A stretch of DNA of 64,000 nucleotides. Source: an uncultured Planctomycetia bacterium. Its GTDB lineage: Bacteria; Omnitrophota; Gorgyraeia; 2-02-FULL-51-18. A program made the translations under genes and the position numbers. How positions within the stretch are numbered: position 1 is the first letter of the stretch; every line of letters starts with the position of its first letter. Where the stretch lies: positions 26,622 through 90,621 of the forward strand of contig CAYSKO010000008.1 in assembly GCA_964431835.1 (NCBI GenBank). Reading direction: 5' to 3'. The notes below the pieces were generated by a model. The model worked only from the letters and a program-made list of their open reading frames with translations. It was not told where the DNA came from and searched no databases. Positions 52,037 to 61,046 of the stretch are shown here, one piece after another.

Positions 52037-52439
52037 CCTCGCGGAGGTCCAGAAGGCGAGCGCCAAGGTGCTCGCCTTTCTGCGGCCTCTTTCGCTGAGC
52101 GAAGCCGCGTCGTTCGACATCCGTCTGTGTCTTGAGGAGGCGCTGATCAACGCCATGAAATATGGCCACGGTCTGCGTCCGGAACTCGAAGTGCGTCTTG
52201 CCGCCGAATACGACGACGAGTCCATCCGGCTGACGATCGAGGATCACGGGCCGGGTTTCGACGTCGACAAAGTGGCCGACTGCACGCAGAAGAGCAATCT
52301 TTTGAGAGGCAGCGGGCGCGGTGTGTATCTCATCCGTCAGCTGATGGACGAAGTCGAATACAACGCCAAGGGAAACCGCCTGACGATGACTAAGCGTCTC
52401 GTCGGGCCCGAAACGAAGCGATTAAGGAAAAGGGAGTAG
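51990..52439 (+). CDS. RsbW/SpoIIAB-like anti-sigma factor Ser kinase
   Basis: EEALINAMKYG, IEDHGPGFD, GRGVYLIRQLMDEV. Confidence 0.92.
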   Translation: MAKKAVRKKEFRLPSDLAEVQKASAKVLAFLRPLSLSEAASFDIRLCLEEALINAMKYGHGLRPELEVRLAAEYDDESIRLTIEDHGPGFDVDKVADCTQKSNLLRGSGRGVYLIRQLMDEVEYNAKGNRLTMTKRLVGPETKRLRKRE

Positions 52440-52446
52440 TCATCCA

Positions 52447-52773
52447 ATGACCGTGAAATCATTCGAAAAGGACGGAGTGGCCGTCTTTCAGGTGAACGGC
52501 GAGATCAATATCAGCACGTCGCCGGATCTGAAGAAGCATTTCGAAAAACTGGCCGCCAAGAAAGTCGTCGTCGACCTCACCGAGGTCGGTTACGTCGACA
52601 GCTCGGGTCTGGCTACGTTGGTTGAGATGCTGAAGAAGACGAAGTCGCAGGGAGGCAGCCTCGGGCTCGCCGGAATGTCCGAGAAAGTCCGCAGCCTTTT
52701 CGAGATCACGAAACTCGACAAGCTTTTCCCGATCTTCGCCAGCCAGGAGGAAGCGGTCACGCGTGTCAAGTAA
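52447..52773 (+). CDS. STAS-domain anti-sigma factor antagonist (RsbV/SpoIIAA-like)
   Basis: VVVDLTEVGYVDSSGLATLV containing the conserved phospho-acceptor Ser. Confidence 0.93.
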   Translation: MTVKSFEKDGVAVFQVNGEINISTSPDLKKHFEKLAAKKVVVDLTEVGYVDSSGLATLVEMLKKTKSQGGSLGLAGMSEKVRSLFEITKLDKLFPIFASQEEAVTRVK

Positions 52774-52790
52774 GGCGCTCCGGAGTCCAT

Positions 52791-53582
52791 TTGTTGTTCG
52801 TTGAGTCGGTCGGCCGGGCGACACACGCACTCGCCGGGCAGATCAGTCAGACGAGCTCTCTCCTGGCTCAGACGCTTTATTGGCTCGTCGTCGGTCCGTT
52901 CCGAAAGAAACCCGTCTCCCGCAAGAGCGTCTTCGCCCAAACCGTCTTCTCCGGCTGGGATTCCCTGGCCATCGTCTTCTTCACCGATTTCTTCATCGGC
53001 ATGGTGCTTGCCATGCAGTCCGCGTACCAGCTCGAACAGCTCGGCGCCACGCTTTACGTGGCCGCTCTCGTGGGCGTCTCGATGGCCCGCGAGATCGGGC
53101 CCGTCCTGACCGCGCTCGTCGTTGCGGGCCGAGTCGGAGCGGCCATCACCGCCGAACTCGCAACCATGAAGGTCACCGAGCAGGTCGAAGCGCTCCAGAC
53201 CCTTTCGCTCAATCCCGTCCGGTATCTCGTCGCGCCCCGGTTCATGGCGCTTCTTCTTATGGTGCCGTGTCTTACGCTTCTCGGCGACTTGATAGGGATG
53301 TTCGGCGGCTTCGTGATCGGAACCACGAGTCTCGGACTTCCGCCCGGCCTCTACATCGACACCACGTTCGAGTTCTTGACGGCCAAGGACGTTCTTACCG
53401 GCCTTCTGAAAAGCGCCGTATTCGCGATGCTGATCGCGCTTATCGCCTGCCAGCAAGGCTTGGCCGCCGAGGGCGGCGCCGAGGGTGTAGGCCGCGCGAC
53501 CACGCGCAGCGTCGTCACGAGTTTCATCATGATCATCGTTGCCGACGCGCTCCTTACCGCTTTCTTCTACATGGCCGGCTGA
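52791..53582 (+). CDS. mlaE: MlaE-family ABC transporter permease
   Basis: REIGPVLTALVVAGRVGAAITAELATMKVTEQVEAL, GAEGVGRATT. Confidence 0.93.
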   Translation: MLFVESVGRATHALAGQISQTSSLLAQTLYWLVVGPFRKKPVSRKSVFAQTVFSGWDSLAIVFFTDFFIGMVLAMQSAYQLEQLGATLYVAALVGVSMAREIGPVLTALVVAGRVGAAITAELATMKVTEQVEALQTLSLNPVRYLVAPRFMALLLMVPCLTLLGDLIGMFGGFVIGTTSLGLPPGLYIDTTFEFLTAKDVLTGLLKSAVFAMLIALIACQQGLAAEGGAEGVGRATTRSVVTSFIMIIVADALLTAFFYMAG

Positions 53583-54385
53583 TGACGGCTCCGCGCGAAC
53601 CCGTCATCTCTGTGAAAAGCCTGGTCAAGACCTTCGGGGGGCGCCGTGTGCTCGACGGCGTCACGCTCGATATCCACCGCGGAGAGACCTTCGTGATCAT
53701 GGGCGGTTCCGGCTGCGGCAAGAGCACGTTCCTGCGCCATCTGATCGGTGCGATCCGGCCGGACTCCGGCGAAGTCTGGATGTTCGGGCAGGACATCGCG
53801 AAGGCGAGCGAGGACTCGATGGACGAAATCAGGAAGAAATTTGGCATGCTCTTTCAGTCGGGCGCGCTCTTCGACTCGATGACGGTGGGGGAGAACGTGG
53901 CGCTGCCGCTTCGCGAGCACACGAAGCTCGACGACAGCGTGATCCAGATCATGGTCAAGATGAAGCTCGAGCTCGTGGGTCTTCGCGGCTTCGAGCACCT
54001 CATGCCCTCGCAGCTCTCGGGGGGCATGAAAAAGCGCGTGGGCCTCGCCCGCGCGATCGCGCTCGACCCCGCGATCATTTTCTACGACGAACCGACCGCC
54101 GGACTCGATCCGATCATGACCGGCGTCGTCGACAAGCTCACGATCGACCTCACTAAGCGGCTCGGCCTTACCTCCGTGGTCGTCACGCATGACATGAATA
54201 GCGTGTTCCGGATCGCGGACCGCATCGTGATGTTCCACCAGGGTCGCATCCGGCAGATAGGCACTCCGGACGAGATCCGGAAGTCGAAGGACCCGATCGT
54301 GCAGCAGTTCATCACCGGAGAAGCCGAGGGGCCGATCGCCCACCAGGGCGAGGACTACCTCGACCATCTGACCAAAGGTTTCTAA
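53582..54385 (+). CDS. mlaF: MlaF-family ABC transporter ATPase
   Basis: GGSGCGKS, FQSGALFDS, LSGGMKKRVGLARA, YDEPTAGLDP, VTHD. Start re-assigned to ATG 53582. Confidence 0.93.
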   Translation: MTAPREPVISVKSLVKTFGGRRVLDGVTLDIHRGETFVIMGGSGCGKSTFLRHLIGAIRPDSGEVWMFGQDIAKASEDSMDEIRKKFGMLFQSGALFDSMTVGENVALPLREHTKLDDSVIQIMVKMKLELVGLRGFEHLMPSQLSGGMKKRVGLARAIALDPAIIFYDEPTAGLDPIMTGVVDKLTIDLTKRLGLTSVVVTHDMNSVFRIADRIVMFHQGRIRQIGTPDEIRKSKDPIVQQFITGEAEGPIAHQGEDYLDHLTKGF

Positions 54386-54397
54386 CAAGGAGGCGGG

Positions 54398-55156
54398 ATG
54401 AAAGCGGGCGCATTCTCGAACGAAGCGAAGACCGGCACGATCGTGCTGGTATCGATCGCCCTTCTGATCGGGCTCATGATCAAGATCGGAAATTTCTCGG
54501 TGTTCCAAAAGGGATACACCGTGAAGTCCCGTTTCCATTTCACCGGCGGTGTGAAACGCCATTCGCCAGTCCGTCTCTCCGGCGTGGATGTCGGGGAAGT
54601 GAAGGATATCCGCATGATCTACGGCGAGGAGACGCTCGTCGAGGTGGATCTCTGGCTCCGCGACGAAACGAAACTACGGATGGATTCGCAGGCGTACGTC
54701 ACAACGCTCGGCATGATGGGCGAGAAGTACATCGAGATCAAAGCGGGCACGCCGGCCGCCGAATGGGCCAAGGACGGGGACACGATCCCCGGCAAGGACC
54801 CGGTCCGGCTCGAGGAGCTCGTCGAAGTCGGCACCAAGGTCGCAGGCGACGTGAGCGACATGGCCAAGAACATCGGTTCCCTCGCCAAGCACGCCGACGA
54901 GGCGGTCGTCGGCAACCGGCCGAAGATCGACCGGACCTTCTCGAACCTCGAAGACACTTCCGAGAACTTCCGCGATTTCAGTGAGGATATCAAGTGGCAC
55001 CCCTGGAAGATCCTCGTGAAGGGCAGGGAGAAATCGCGTAGCGACGTCGAGGCCGAGAGGACCAAGCGCGCTGCGGCCCGCGTCGAGGCAAAAAAGCAGT
55101 CCCAGAACTTCGCGCCCAAGGCGGGAACGCCTTCCGGCACAAAGGAAACCTCATGA
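54398..55156 (+). CDS. mlaD: MCE/MlaD-family substrate-binding protein
   Basis: N-terminal membrane anchor; SPVRLSGVDVGEV, TLGMMGEKYIEI; helical C-terminus. Confidence 0.9.
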   Translation: MKAGAFSNEAKTGTIVLVSIALLIGLMIKIGNFSVFQKGYTVKSRFHFTGGVKRHSPVRLSGVDVGEVKDIRMIYGEETLVEVDLWLRDETKLRMDSQAYVTTLGMMGEKYIEIKAGTPAAEWAKDGDTIPGKDPVRLEELVEVGTKVAGDVSDMAKNIGSLAKHADEAVVGNRPKIDRTFSNLEDTSENFRDFSEDIKWHPWKILVKGREKSRSDVEAERTKRAAARVEAKKQSQNFAPKAGTPSGTKETS

Positions 55157-55977
55157 CAAAGCGTCTCGTTCTCTTGCTCGCCGTCTGCCTCGCCATGACC
55201 GCGCCCGTCTCTGCCGCCGAAGGCCGTGCGCGGGCTTCCGGGGTCTCGGGAGATGTTACGGTTTTCTCCGGATCCTCTCCTTCACGGCGACTCGCCTCTG
55301 GTGATGCCGTGGTCGCGGGCGACGAGATCCGCGCCGCCGCCAACTCGAAGTGCAGCCTCGTCCTCGAAGGGAAACCCTCGAGCGCAGTGAAAATAGAACC
55401 TTCGTCGACGGTCCGCGTCTCGTCGCTCGACCCGGTTCGCCTAGACGTCCGGGGCGGGAAGCTTTTCGCGCTCGTCAACGGCCTTGCGAAAGGATCCACG
55501 TTCGAAGTCAGCACGCCCACCGCTATCGCGTCCGTCCGCGGCACCGCACTCGGCGCCGAGACGGGGGCTGCGGGAGACCGTTTCTACGCGTTCGAGAATT
55601 CGATCGAAGTCACACCTCAAGGCGGCGTACCGGCCGTTCTCGAAGAGGGTTTCGGCGCCTCGGTAGGTGGTGGTGCCCTTGAGACGTTCCAGCTTGGCGA
55701 CGCCGACCGGGAGTATTTCCGCGAGTCCGCAAGGGAAGCCGAAGAAGCCATGAAGGAAGTGCCGAAGGCGGCCGGCGAGGAAGCCGCGCGCAGCCTCCTC
55801 GTCTTCGAAGACGACCCGATGCCATCCGATCTCTCGACCGGCGCCGACGCGATGCCGAACGCCAAAGAGGAGACGCGGGAAGTCGGGGCCGCTGAAGCTT
55901 TCAAGAAAAACGATAGCGGTGGTACGGGAACCGGCGGCCAAGGCGGTACCAGCCCGGGCGGCGGCGGCGACATCTGA
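55153..55977 (+). CDS. Exported FecR-domain protein
   Basis: Signal peptide; GDEIR...SKCSL, FEVSTPTAIASVRGT. Confidence 0.85.
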   Translation: MTKRLVLLLAVCLAMTAPVSAAEGRARASGVSGDVTVFSGSSPSRRLASGDAVVAGDEIRAAANSKCSLVLEGKPSSAVKIEPSSTVRVSSLDPVRLDVRGGKLFALVNGLAKGSTFEVSTPTAIASVRGTALGAETGAAGDRFYAFENSIEVTPQGGVPAVLEEGFGASVGGGALETFQLGDADREYFRESAREAEEAMKEVPKAAGEEAARSLLVFEDDPMPSDLSTGADAMPNAKEETREVGAAEAFKKNDSGGTGTGGQGGTSPGGGGDI

Positions 55978-55982
55978 AGCGC

Positions 55983-56933
55983 TTGAAGAGATTGGGAGCG
56001 CTTCTAACGCTCTTCGTATTTCTCTTTACGGGCATCGCTCTTCCCGCCGCGTCGGCGGGCGATTCTTCCGTGGACGTACGGGCGGGGATCGGGATCGGCC
56101 GGGACGATAACGCCCGGCTCGACTCCGGCCGAAAAGGTGACGCGTTCCTCCAGGAATCCGCGTCGGTGGGCTGGCGCAAGCGGACGGGGGACAATTCCCG
56201 TCTGCGCGTTTTTTACGACGTCTTCAACGTGAATTATTTCGAAGTGACCGATCAAAGCTTCCTGTGGCAGGGCGCCGGCGCCGGCTACGACGTCGCCCTG
56301 ACGCCCGAAACCGCCGTCCAATTCGACTACACGCTCGAATGGCTCTATTTTCCCGACAACGAATCGGTAGGTTCGCACGTGAACGAGGGCCGCATCGGGC
56401 TTCTCCGGCGTTTTTACTCGGGAGCCTATGTGAAAGCCGGAATCGGCCTTTCCGAACGACAGTTCGCGGACAATAAGCGCCGGGACGGCGCCGGTCTCCT
56501 TTCCGGGGACGACGAGCGGACGGACCGCCGCGTCGGAGGGGACGCCGAGATCGGATTTCTCCCCATCAAGACGCTGCTCGTCCGCCTCGGCGGTTCGATC
56601 TACAACAACGACTCGGACGATGCTTTCCACGACTTTTACGACTACCGCTCTGTCTCCTCCTACGCCACGGCGACATTACGCATCACTGCTAAGCTCTTCG
56701 CTTTTTTCAAGGCGGGAATCGAAAATCAGGCTTTTCACTCGCGTCCGCTTCTCGACGCTCCCGGCTCCGAGGAAGATTCGGACCTTTATACGGGAACCCT
56801 CGCCATCTTTTACCGGCTCCGGGAAAACATCACTCTCTCCCTGACCCAAAACTACCGCGAGAAAGTTTCGAACGAACCCTCCCGCGAACACTCCGGCTCC
56901 ATCTCAACCCTTGGCCTTCTTTACTCGTTTTAA
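55983..56933 (+). CDS. Putative outer-membrane beta-barrel protein
   Basis: Signal peptide; alternating amphipathic strands; C-terminal LGLLYSF beta-signal. Confidence 0.75.
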   Translation: MKRLGALLTLFVFLFTGIALPAASAGDSSVDVRAGIGIGRDDNARLDSGRKGDAFLQESASVGWRKRTGDNSRLRVFYDVFNVNYFEVTDQSFLWQGAGAGYDVALTPETAVQFDYTLEWLYFPDNESVGSHVNEGRIGLLRRFYSGAYVKAGIGLSERQFADNKRRDGAGLLSGDDERTDRRVGGDAEIGFLPIKTLLVRLGGSIYNNDSDDAFHDFYDYRSVSSYATATLRITAKLFAFFKAGIENQAFHSRPLLDAPGSEEDSDLYTGTLAIFYRLRENITLSLTQNYREKVSNEPSREHSGSISTLGLLYSF

Positions 56934-58836
56934 GAGGTACTCGCCGCTCGTTTGGGCCGCGACGGCGGTCCTGGCGGGGTCTCTGTCCTGGTTCCGCGTC
57001 TTCGAACTCTACGAGCTCCAAACCTACGACTGGCGCTGCGTGGTCCGGGGAGCCCGGCCCGTCTCTCCCGACATCGTCCTCATCGACATCTGGGACGACA
57101 CGTTGAAAGCGCTTGGTGCCTGGCCCTTCGACCGCGGGTACCATGCGGAGCTCATCGACGCGCTCGCCGCGCACGGAGTGAAAGGCGTCGCGATGGATAT
57201 GGTCATCGTCGAGGAACGTGAAGGGGACGACGCGGTCGCCGCGGCCGCCGCACGCGCGAAGAACGTGTATTTCGTCGAGGCGTTCTACAGCGTCCTGCCG
57301 CACGCGGGCAAATTCCGTTCGGACCGCCTGATCGCGCCCCTCATCCCCGAATACGCGAAGGCCGCCCGCGCCGTCGCCCACGTGAATTCCACAGCCGATA
57401 TGGACGGCAAGCGGCGCCGCACGTTTCCCATTATCGAGCACGAAGGACGAAACCACTACCAGCTGAGTCTCCGCGTGGCGATGGACGTTTTCGGAGTGAA
57501 TCCCGAATCGATGCACTTGAATCCCGGAAAAGAAATCGATTTCGGCGGAAAGATACGGATCCCGCTCGACGAACAAGGCCATTTCATCGTCAATTACGCG
57601 GGTCCCTGGGAAGACACGTTCAAGCACTACTCGTATTTTGAGGTTTTGGCGGCCCGTCTCCAGGAAACGTCGGGACAGAAACCGATAATCGATCTCGAGG
57701 AATTACGCGGAAAGATATGCTTCGTCGGGCTCACGTCGCTCGGCTCGCACGACACCAACCCCGTGCCGATCCAGGCGGTCTATCCGATGGTCGGTATGCA
57801 CGCAAACGTGCTGAATTCGCTTCTGACCGGGGATTTCATTCGGCGACTCGACCGGTCCGCCAACCTCGCGGTCCTGGCGCTCTTTTGTCTCTGGGTGATC
57901 TTCCTCTCGGTGAAGCTTAAGCCCTGGAAGGCGCTGGGGGCGGTGCTTGCGACCTTGATCGCCTACGTGGGCCTGGTGACCGCCGTCTTCTCGCTCTGGG
58001 GCCTCTGGGTCGACCTTTTCTACCCCTGCATGCTCTTCGCGGCGCTCTACGCGGGGTCGACGCTCCGGCGCGTGATGCACGAGACGCGCCGCCGCGAACT
58101 CATCGAGGGCGAGCTCAAGATCGCGAGCCAGATCCAGCAGAGCTTTCTTCCCGCAAGCCTTCCTAAGGAGAACGGCGTCGAAATCGCGGTTTTCATGAAA
58201 CCCGCGAAAGCCGTCGGTGGGGATCTCTACTCGTTCGTGACGCTCAAGGACGGCAAGCTCGGTATCATGGTCGGCGACGTCTCAGGAAAGGGGACGCCGG
58301 CCGCCCTCTTTATGGCGAAAACCGTCTCGGAGTTCAAATTCTCAGCGCGAGACGAGGAGGATCCCGCGGCGGCGCTCGCTCGGCTCAACGACTCGATCGC
58401 GGGGGAATCGACCGGCGGTTTGTTCGTCACGCTGACGTATGCTATATTTGACATGCATTCGAAGAAGGTCCGTCTGGCCAACGCGGGCCACCTGCCGGTC
58501 GTCCTCGTGACACCGGAAGGCGAGTCCGCTCTCGTGACCGCGGATGATGGCATGCCGATCGGAGTGTTTGCGGGCGCGGAATTTACGATGAAGGAAATTC
58601 CGATGCGGCCCGGCGAATGTTTCGCGTTTTACTCCGACGGAGTCAGCGAAGCTCGCAACCGCCGTAAAGATGAATATGGAGTCGAGGCCCTGCAAAAAAC
58701 CATGGTCGAACACCGCGCCGAGTCCGCCCCCGCGATCCTCGAAAAAGCGGTCGTAGACCTGACGCGTTTCATGGCCAAAGCCGAACAGCACGACGACATC
58801 ACTTTGATCGTGGTAAAAGTCGGCGAGGTGACTTGA
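56911..58836 (+). CDS. CHASE2-domain membrane sensor with SpoIIE/PP2C phosphatase
   Basis: IVLIDI.DDTL..LGAWPFDR..HA, D.DG..RR, GMHAN, three transmembrane helices, then VGGDLY, VGDVSGKG, ANAGH, YSDGVSE, HDDIT. Confidence 0.92.
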   Translation: MAFFTRFKRYSPLVWAATAVLAGSLSWFRVFELYELQTYDWRCVVRGARPVSPDIVLIDIWDDTLKALGAWPFDRGYHAELIDALAAHGVKGVAMDMVIVEEREGDDAVAAAAARAKNVYFVEAFYSVLPHAGKFRSDRLIAPLIPEYAKAARAVAHVNSTADMDGKRRRTFPIIEHEGRNHYQLSLRVAMDVFGVNPESMHLNPGKEIDFGGKIRIPLDEQGHFIVNYAGPWEDTFKHYSYFEVLAARLQETSGQKPIIDLEELRGKICFVGLTSLGSHDTNPVPIQAVYPMVGMHANVLNSLLTGDFIRRLDRSANLAVLALFCLWVIFLSVKLKPWKALGAVLATLIAYVGLVTAVFSLWGLWVDLFYPCMLFAALYAGSTLRRVMHETRRRELIEGELKIASQIQQSFLPASLPKENGVEIAVFMKPAKAVGGDLYSFVTLKDGKLGIMVGDVSGKGTPAALFMAKTVSEFKFSARDEEDPAAALARLNDSIAGESTGGLFVTLTYAIFDMHSKKVRLANAGHLPVVLVTPEGESALVTADDGMPIGVFAGAEFTMKEIPMRPGECFAFYSDGVSEARNRRKDEYGVEALQKTMVEHRAESAPAILEKAVVDLTRFMAKAEQHDDITLIVVKVGEVT

Positions 58837-60587
58837 AACACAAAAGCAAGATCCTCCTCATGATCGACGACGCCGCTTTCCGCGACGGCGTCGAAAAAGC
58901 TTTCAAGAAGCTCCCTGCGAACGCCCTTTTCGTCACCGGCGGAAACGTCATGCAAAAGGTGTTCGACGAAGTGCCCCACGTGATCGTCATCGACGAGGAT
59001 TTCGGTAGCGGGGAAGGGCACAGCCTCGCGCTCAACGTGAAAGAGGACGCGGTCCTTAAATACATTCCCGTCGTCCTCATCGTGCGCAGCGAAGTCCCGG
59101 CCGCCGGCGACGAGCCCATCGAGCTCTGCTTCCGTAAAGACCAGGACCCCGCGCATTTGGCGTTCTGCGTCGGCGAAATTTTGAAGAAGAACATACACGA
59201 ACTCGACTTGAACCCTCTCACGCACCTGCCCGGCACGCGTTCGAGCGTTCTCCGTCTCGAAAAAGCGGTCACTTCGAAGGAGCGTTTTTCGATCTGCTGC
59301 ATCGATCTATCGGACCTTGCAGCGTTCAACAGCGCCTACGGCGACGCACGCGGCGACGAGATCATCGTGAAGATCGGCCACATCCTGCAGGAAGTGCTGA
59401 AAAAAGAAGGCGGGGCGGACGATTTCGTCGGCCATCTCGGCGGAGACGACTTCGTGGTCGTGACGAATCCGGGGATGGCGATTCAGATCTCGGAAGAGGT
59501 CATCCGCCAGTTCGACTCGACGGTGCCCCAGTTTTACGACGCCAACGACCGCAAGCAGGGATATATTCTACAGAGAAATCACGAGGGAACTCTGACGCAG
59601 TACCCCATCATGAGCGTCTCGGTCGCGCTCGTCCAGCACGGCGGATCCAGCGGCACCGTCCAGATGAGCGAGATCAGCCGCATTGCGTCCGAGCTCAAGC
59701 GCTATATGAAAACACTCCCGGGCAGCTGCTACATCAACTACAGCTACGCCGGCGCGCATCCCGAGGTCACCGGGTCCTATCTCGAAGTCCGCTTCCCGAC
59801 GAAGATGGAAAGCGTGCGCGTGCCGAGCCTGGCCGTGCGCTCCGACAAATATGAGGCTTTCCTGAACGTCGTCGTGAGAGGGAAGAAGCTTTCCAGCGTT
59901 TTCCAGCCGATCGTGGACATGAAGGTCCGCCGGATCGTGGGGTACGAAGCTCTGACGCGCTGTCCGGAGGGCGATTTCGCCTCTGATCCGGCGTCGCTTT
60001 TCAGCATGGCGCGCGAATCCGGCCGGACGAAGGAACTCGACAAGATTTGTGTCGACTGCGCGCTCCGGACGGCGCAGGGGCTTCCGGCGGACCGAAAGAT
60101 TTTTCTCAACCTGAACCACGAGACGCTGATCGATCCCAAAAGCATGAAAACGCTCTTCTCCGAAAAGGGAACGATCGGCTTCAAGAACATCGTCATCGAG
60201 GTGACGGAGCAGAGCATTCTGCGTTCGTTCCAAAAGGTGAAGGACGCGCTCCTCGAGCTCAAGGAACAGGGCGTTTCGGTCGCAATCGACGACGTGGGCG
60301 GAGGCGCGGTCTCCCTCCGCGACGTGGCGGTACTCAAACCCGATTTCATCAAGTTCGACCGTTCGCTCATCCGGCAGATCGACTCCAACGTCACCAAGCA
60401 GCAGATCGTTCTTTCGATGCTTCTTTTCGCCAACGGCATCAACGCGATGACCACGGCCGAGGGGATCGAAACGAAGGAGGAGTATGACGCCGTCATGATG
60501 TGCGGCGTACCTCTGGGGCAGGGGTATTTCATCTCCCGTCCCGGGAAAGCCTTCCCCGAGATCCAAATGCCTTCGGAAGTTAGTTAA
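58833..60587 (+). CDS. Receiver-like, GGDEF and EAL c-di-GMP turnover protein
   Basis: NPLTHLPG, FNSAYG...GD, HLGGDDF; FQPIV, YEALTR, FLN, IEVTE, AIDDVG, IKFDR, AEGIET, GQGY. Confidence 0.92.
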   Translation: MKHKSKILLMIDDAAFRDGVEKAFKKLPANALFVTGGNVMQKVFDEVPHVIVIDEDFGSGEGHSLALNVKEDAVLKYIPVVLIVRSEVPAAGDEPIELCFRKDQDPAHLAFCVGEILKKNIHELDLNPLTHLPGTRSSVLRLEKAVTSKERFSICCIDLSDLAAFNSAYGDARGDEIIVKIGHILQEVLKKEGGADDFVGHLGGDDFVVVTNPGMAIQISEEVIRQFDSTVPQFYDANDRKQGYILQRNHEGTLTQYPIMSVSVALVQHGGSSGTVQMSEISRIASELKRYMKTLPGSCYINYSYAGAHPEVTGSYLEVRFPTKMESVRVPSLAVRSDKYEAFLNVVVRGKKLSSVFQPIVDMKVRRIVGYEALTRCPEGDFASDPASLFSMARESGRTKELDKICVDCALRTAQGLPADRKIFLNLNHETLIDPKSMKTLFSEKGTIGFKNIVIEVTEQSILRSFQKVKDALLELKEQGVSVAIDDVGGGAVSLRDVAVLKPDFIKFDRSLIRQIDSNVTKQQIVLSMLLFANGINAMTTAEGIETKEEYDAVMMCGVPLGQGYFISRPGKAFPEIQMPSEVS

Positions 60588-60596
60588 GAAAACCCA

Positions 60597-60640
60597 AAAT
60601 TCAGACTGAATTTGAATTCGACCGGTTCATAGGGTATAAT
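60597..60640 (+). promoter_or_regulatory. Sigma70 promoter with a perfect inverted repeat abutting the -35 box
   Basis: AAATTCAG-a-CTGAATTT (60597-60613); TTGAAT (60612-60617), 17-bp spacer, TATAAT (60635-60640); AAGGAG ribosome-binding site at 60651. Confidence 0.65.
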
Positions 60641-60663
60641 ATGTCAAAACAAGGAGAAATCCG

Positions 60664-60951
60664 GTGCCTATCACCGCTAAGCGCAAGTCCGGTCGCATAA
60701 CGAACTACATGGAAGAGCTCACGCAAGACGTCCTCAAGAGCCTGCTTCCGGAGTACAAGGCCGCCCGCTTCAGCGAAGAGGCGATCCAGGATATCAAAGC
60801 GCTCGCGTTGAACCGCCTCTGGCCGATGTATACGACCTCCACTTCGGGTAAGGATTTCCTGAAGAAGGCCGTCGAAGAGGACAGTGTCGAAAAAGACGTC
60901 GTCCGGGAACTCCGCGCCGCTATCGATATCGTCAAGTCGAACCCGCGCTAA
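60664..60951 (+). CDS. ComFB-family protein
   Basis: NYMEEL...DIKALALNRL.P.Y...AIDIVKSNPR matches the ComFB pattern as I recall it. Confidence 0.8.
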   Translation: MPITAKRKSGRITNYMEELTQDVLKSLLPEYKAARFSEEAIQDIKALALNRLWPMYTTSTSGKDFLKKAVEEDSVEKDVVRELRAAIDIVKSNPR

Positions 60952-60965
60952 AGCTTCGTTTTTTC

Positions 60966-61002
60966 AAAGCCCCGCTCCCACCCGGAGCGGGGCTTTTCTT
61001 TT
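60966..61002 (+). terminator. Rho-independent terminator
   Basis: AAAGCCCCGCTCC-caccc-GGAGCGGGGCTTT followed by TCTTTT. Confidence 0.85.
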
Positions 61003-61046
61003 GCCTCTCCGGCGCATGTGTTATGATGACCGCAGGGACCTCTCGC

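Noticed and set aside
33756-54385. Extended N-termini in the ORF track (33756, 34382, 36842, 40707, 42894, 50804, 52880)
   Set aside because: The extensions overlap upstream genes and are Arg/Pro-rich nonsense. Family motifs begin at the downstream starts given in the features.
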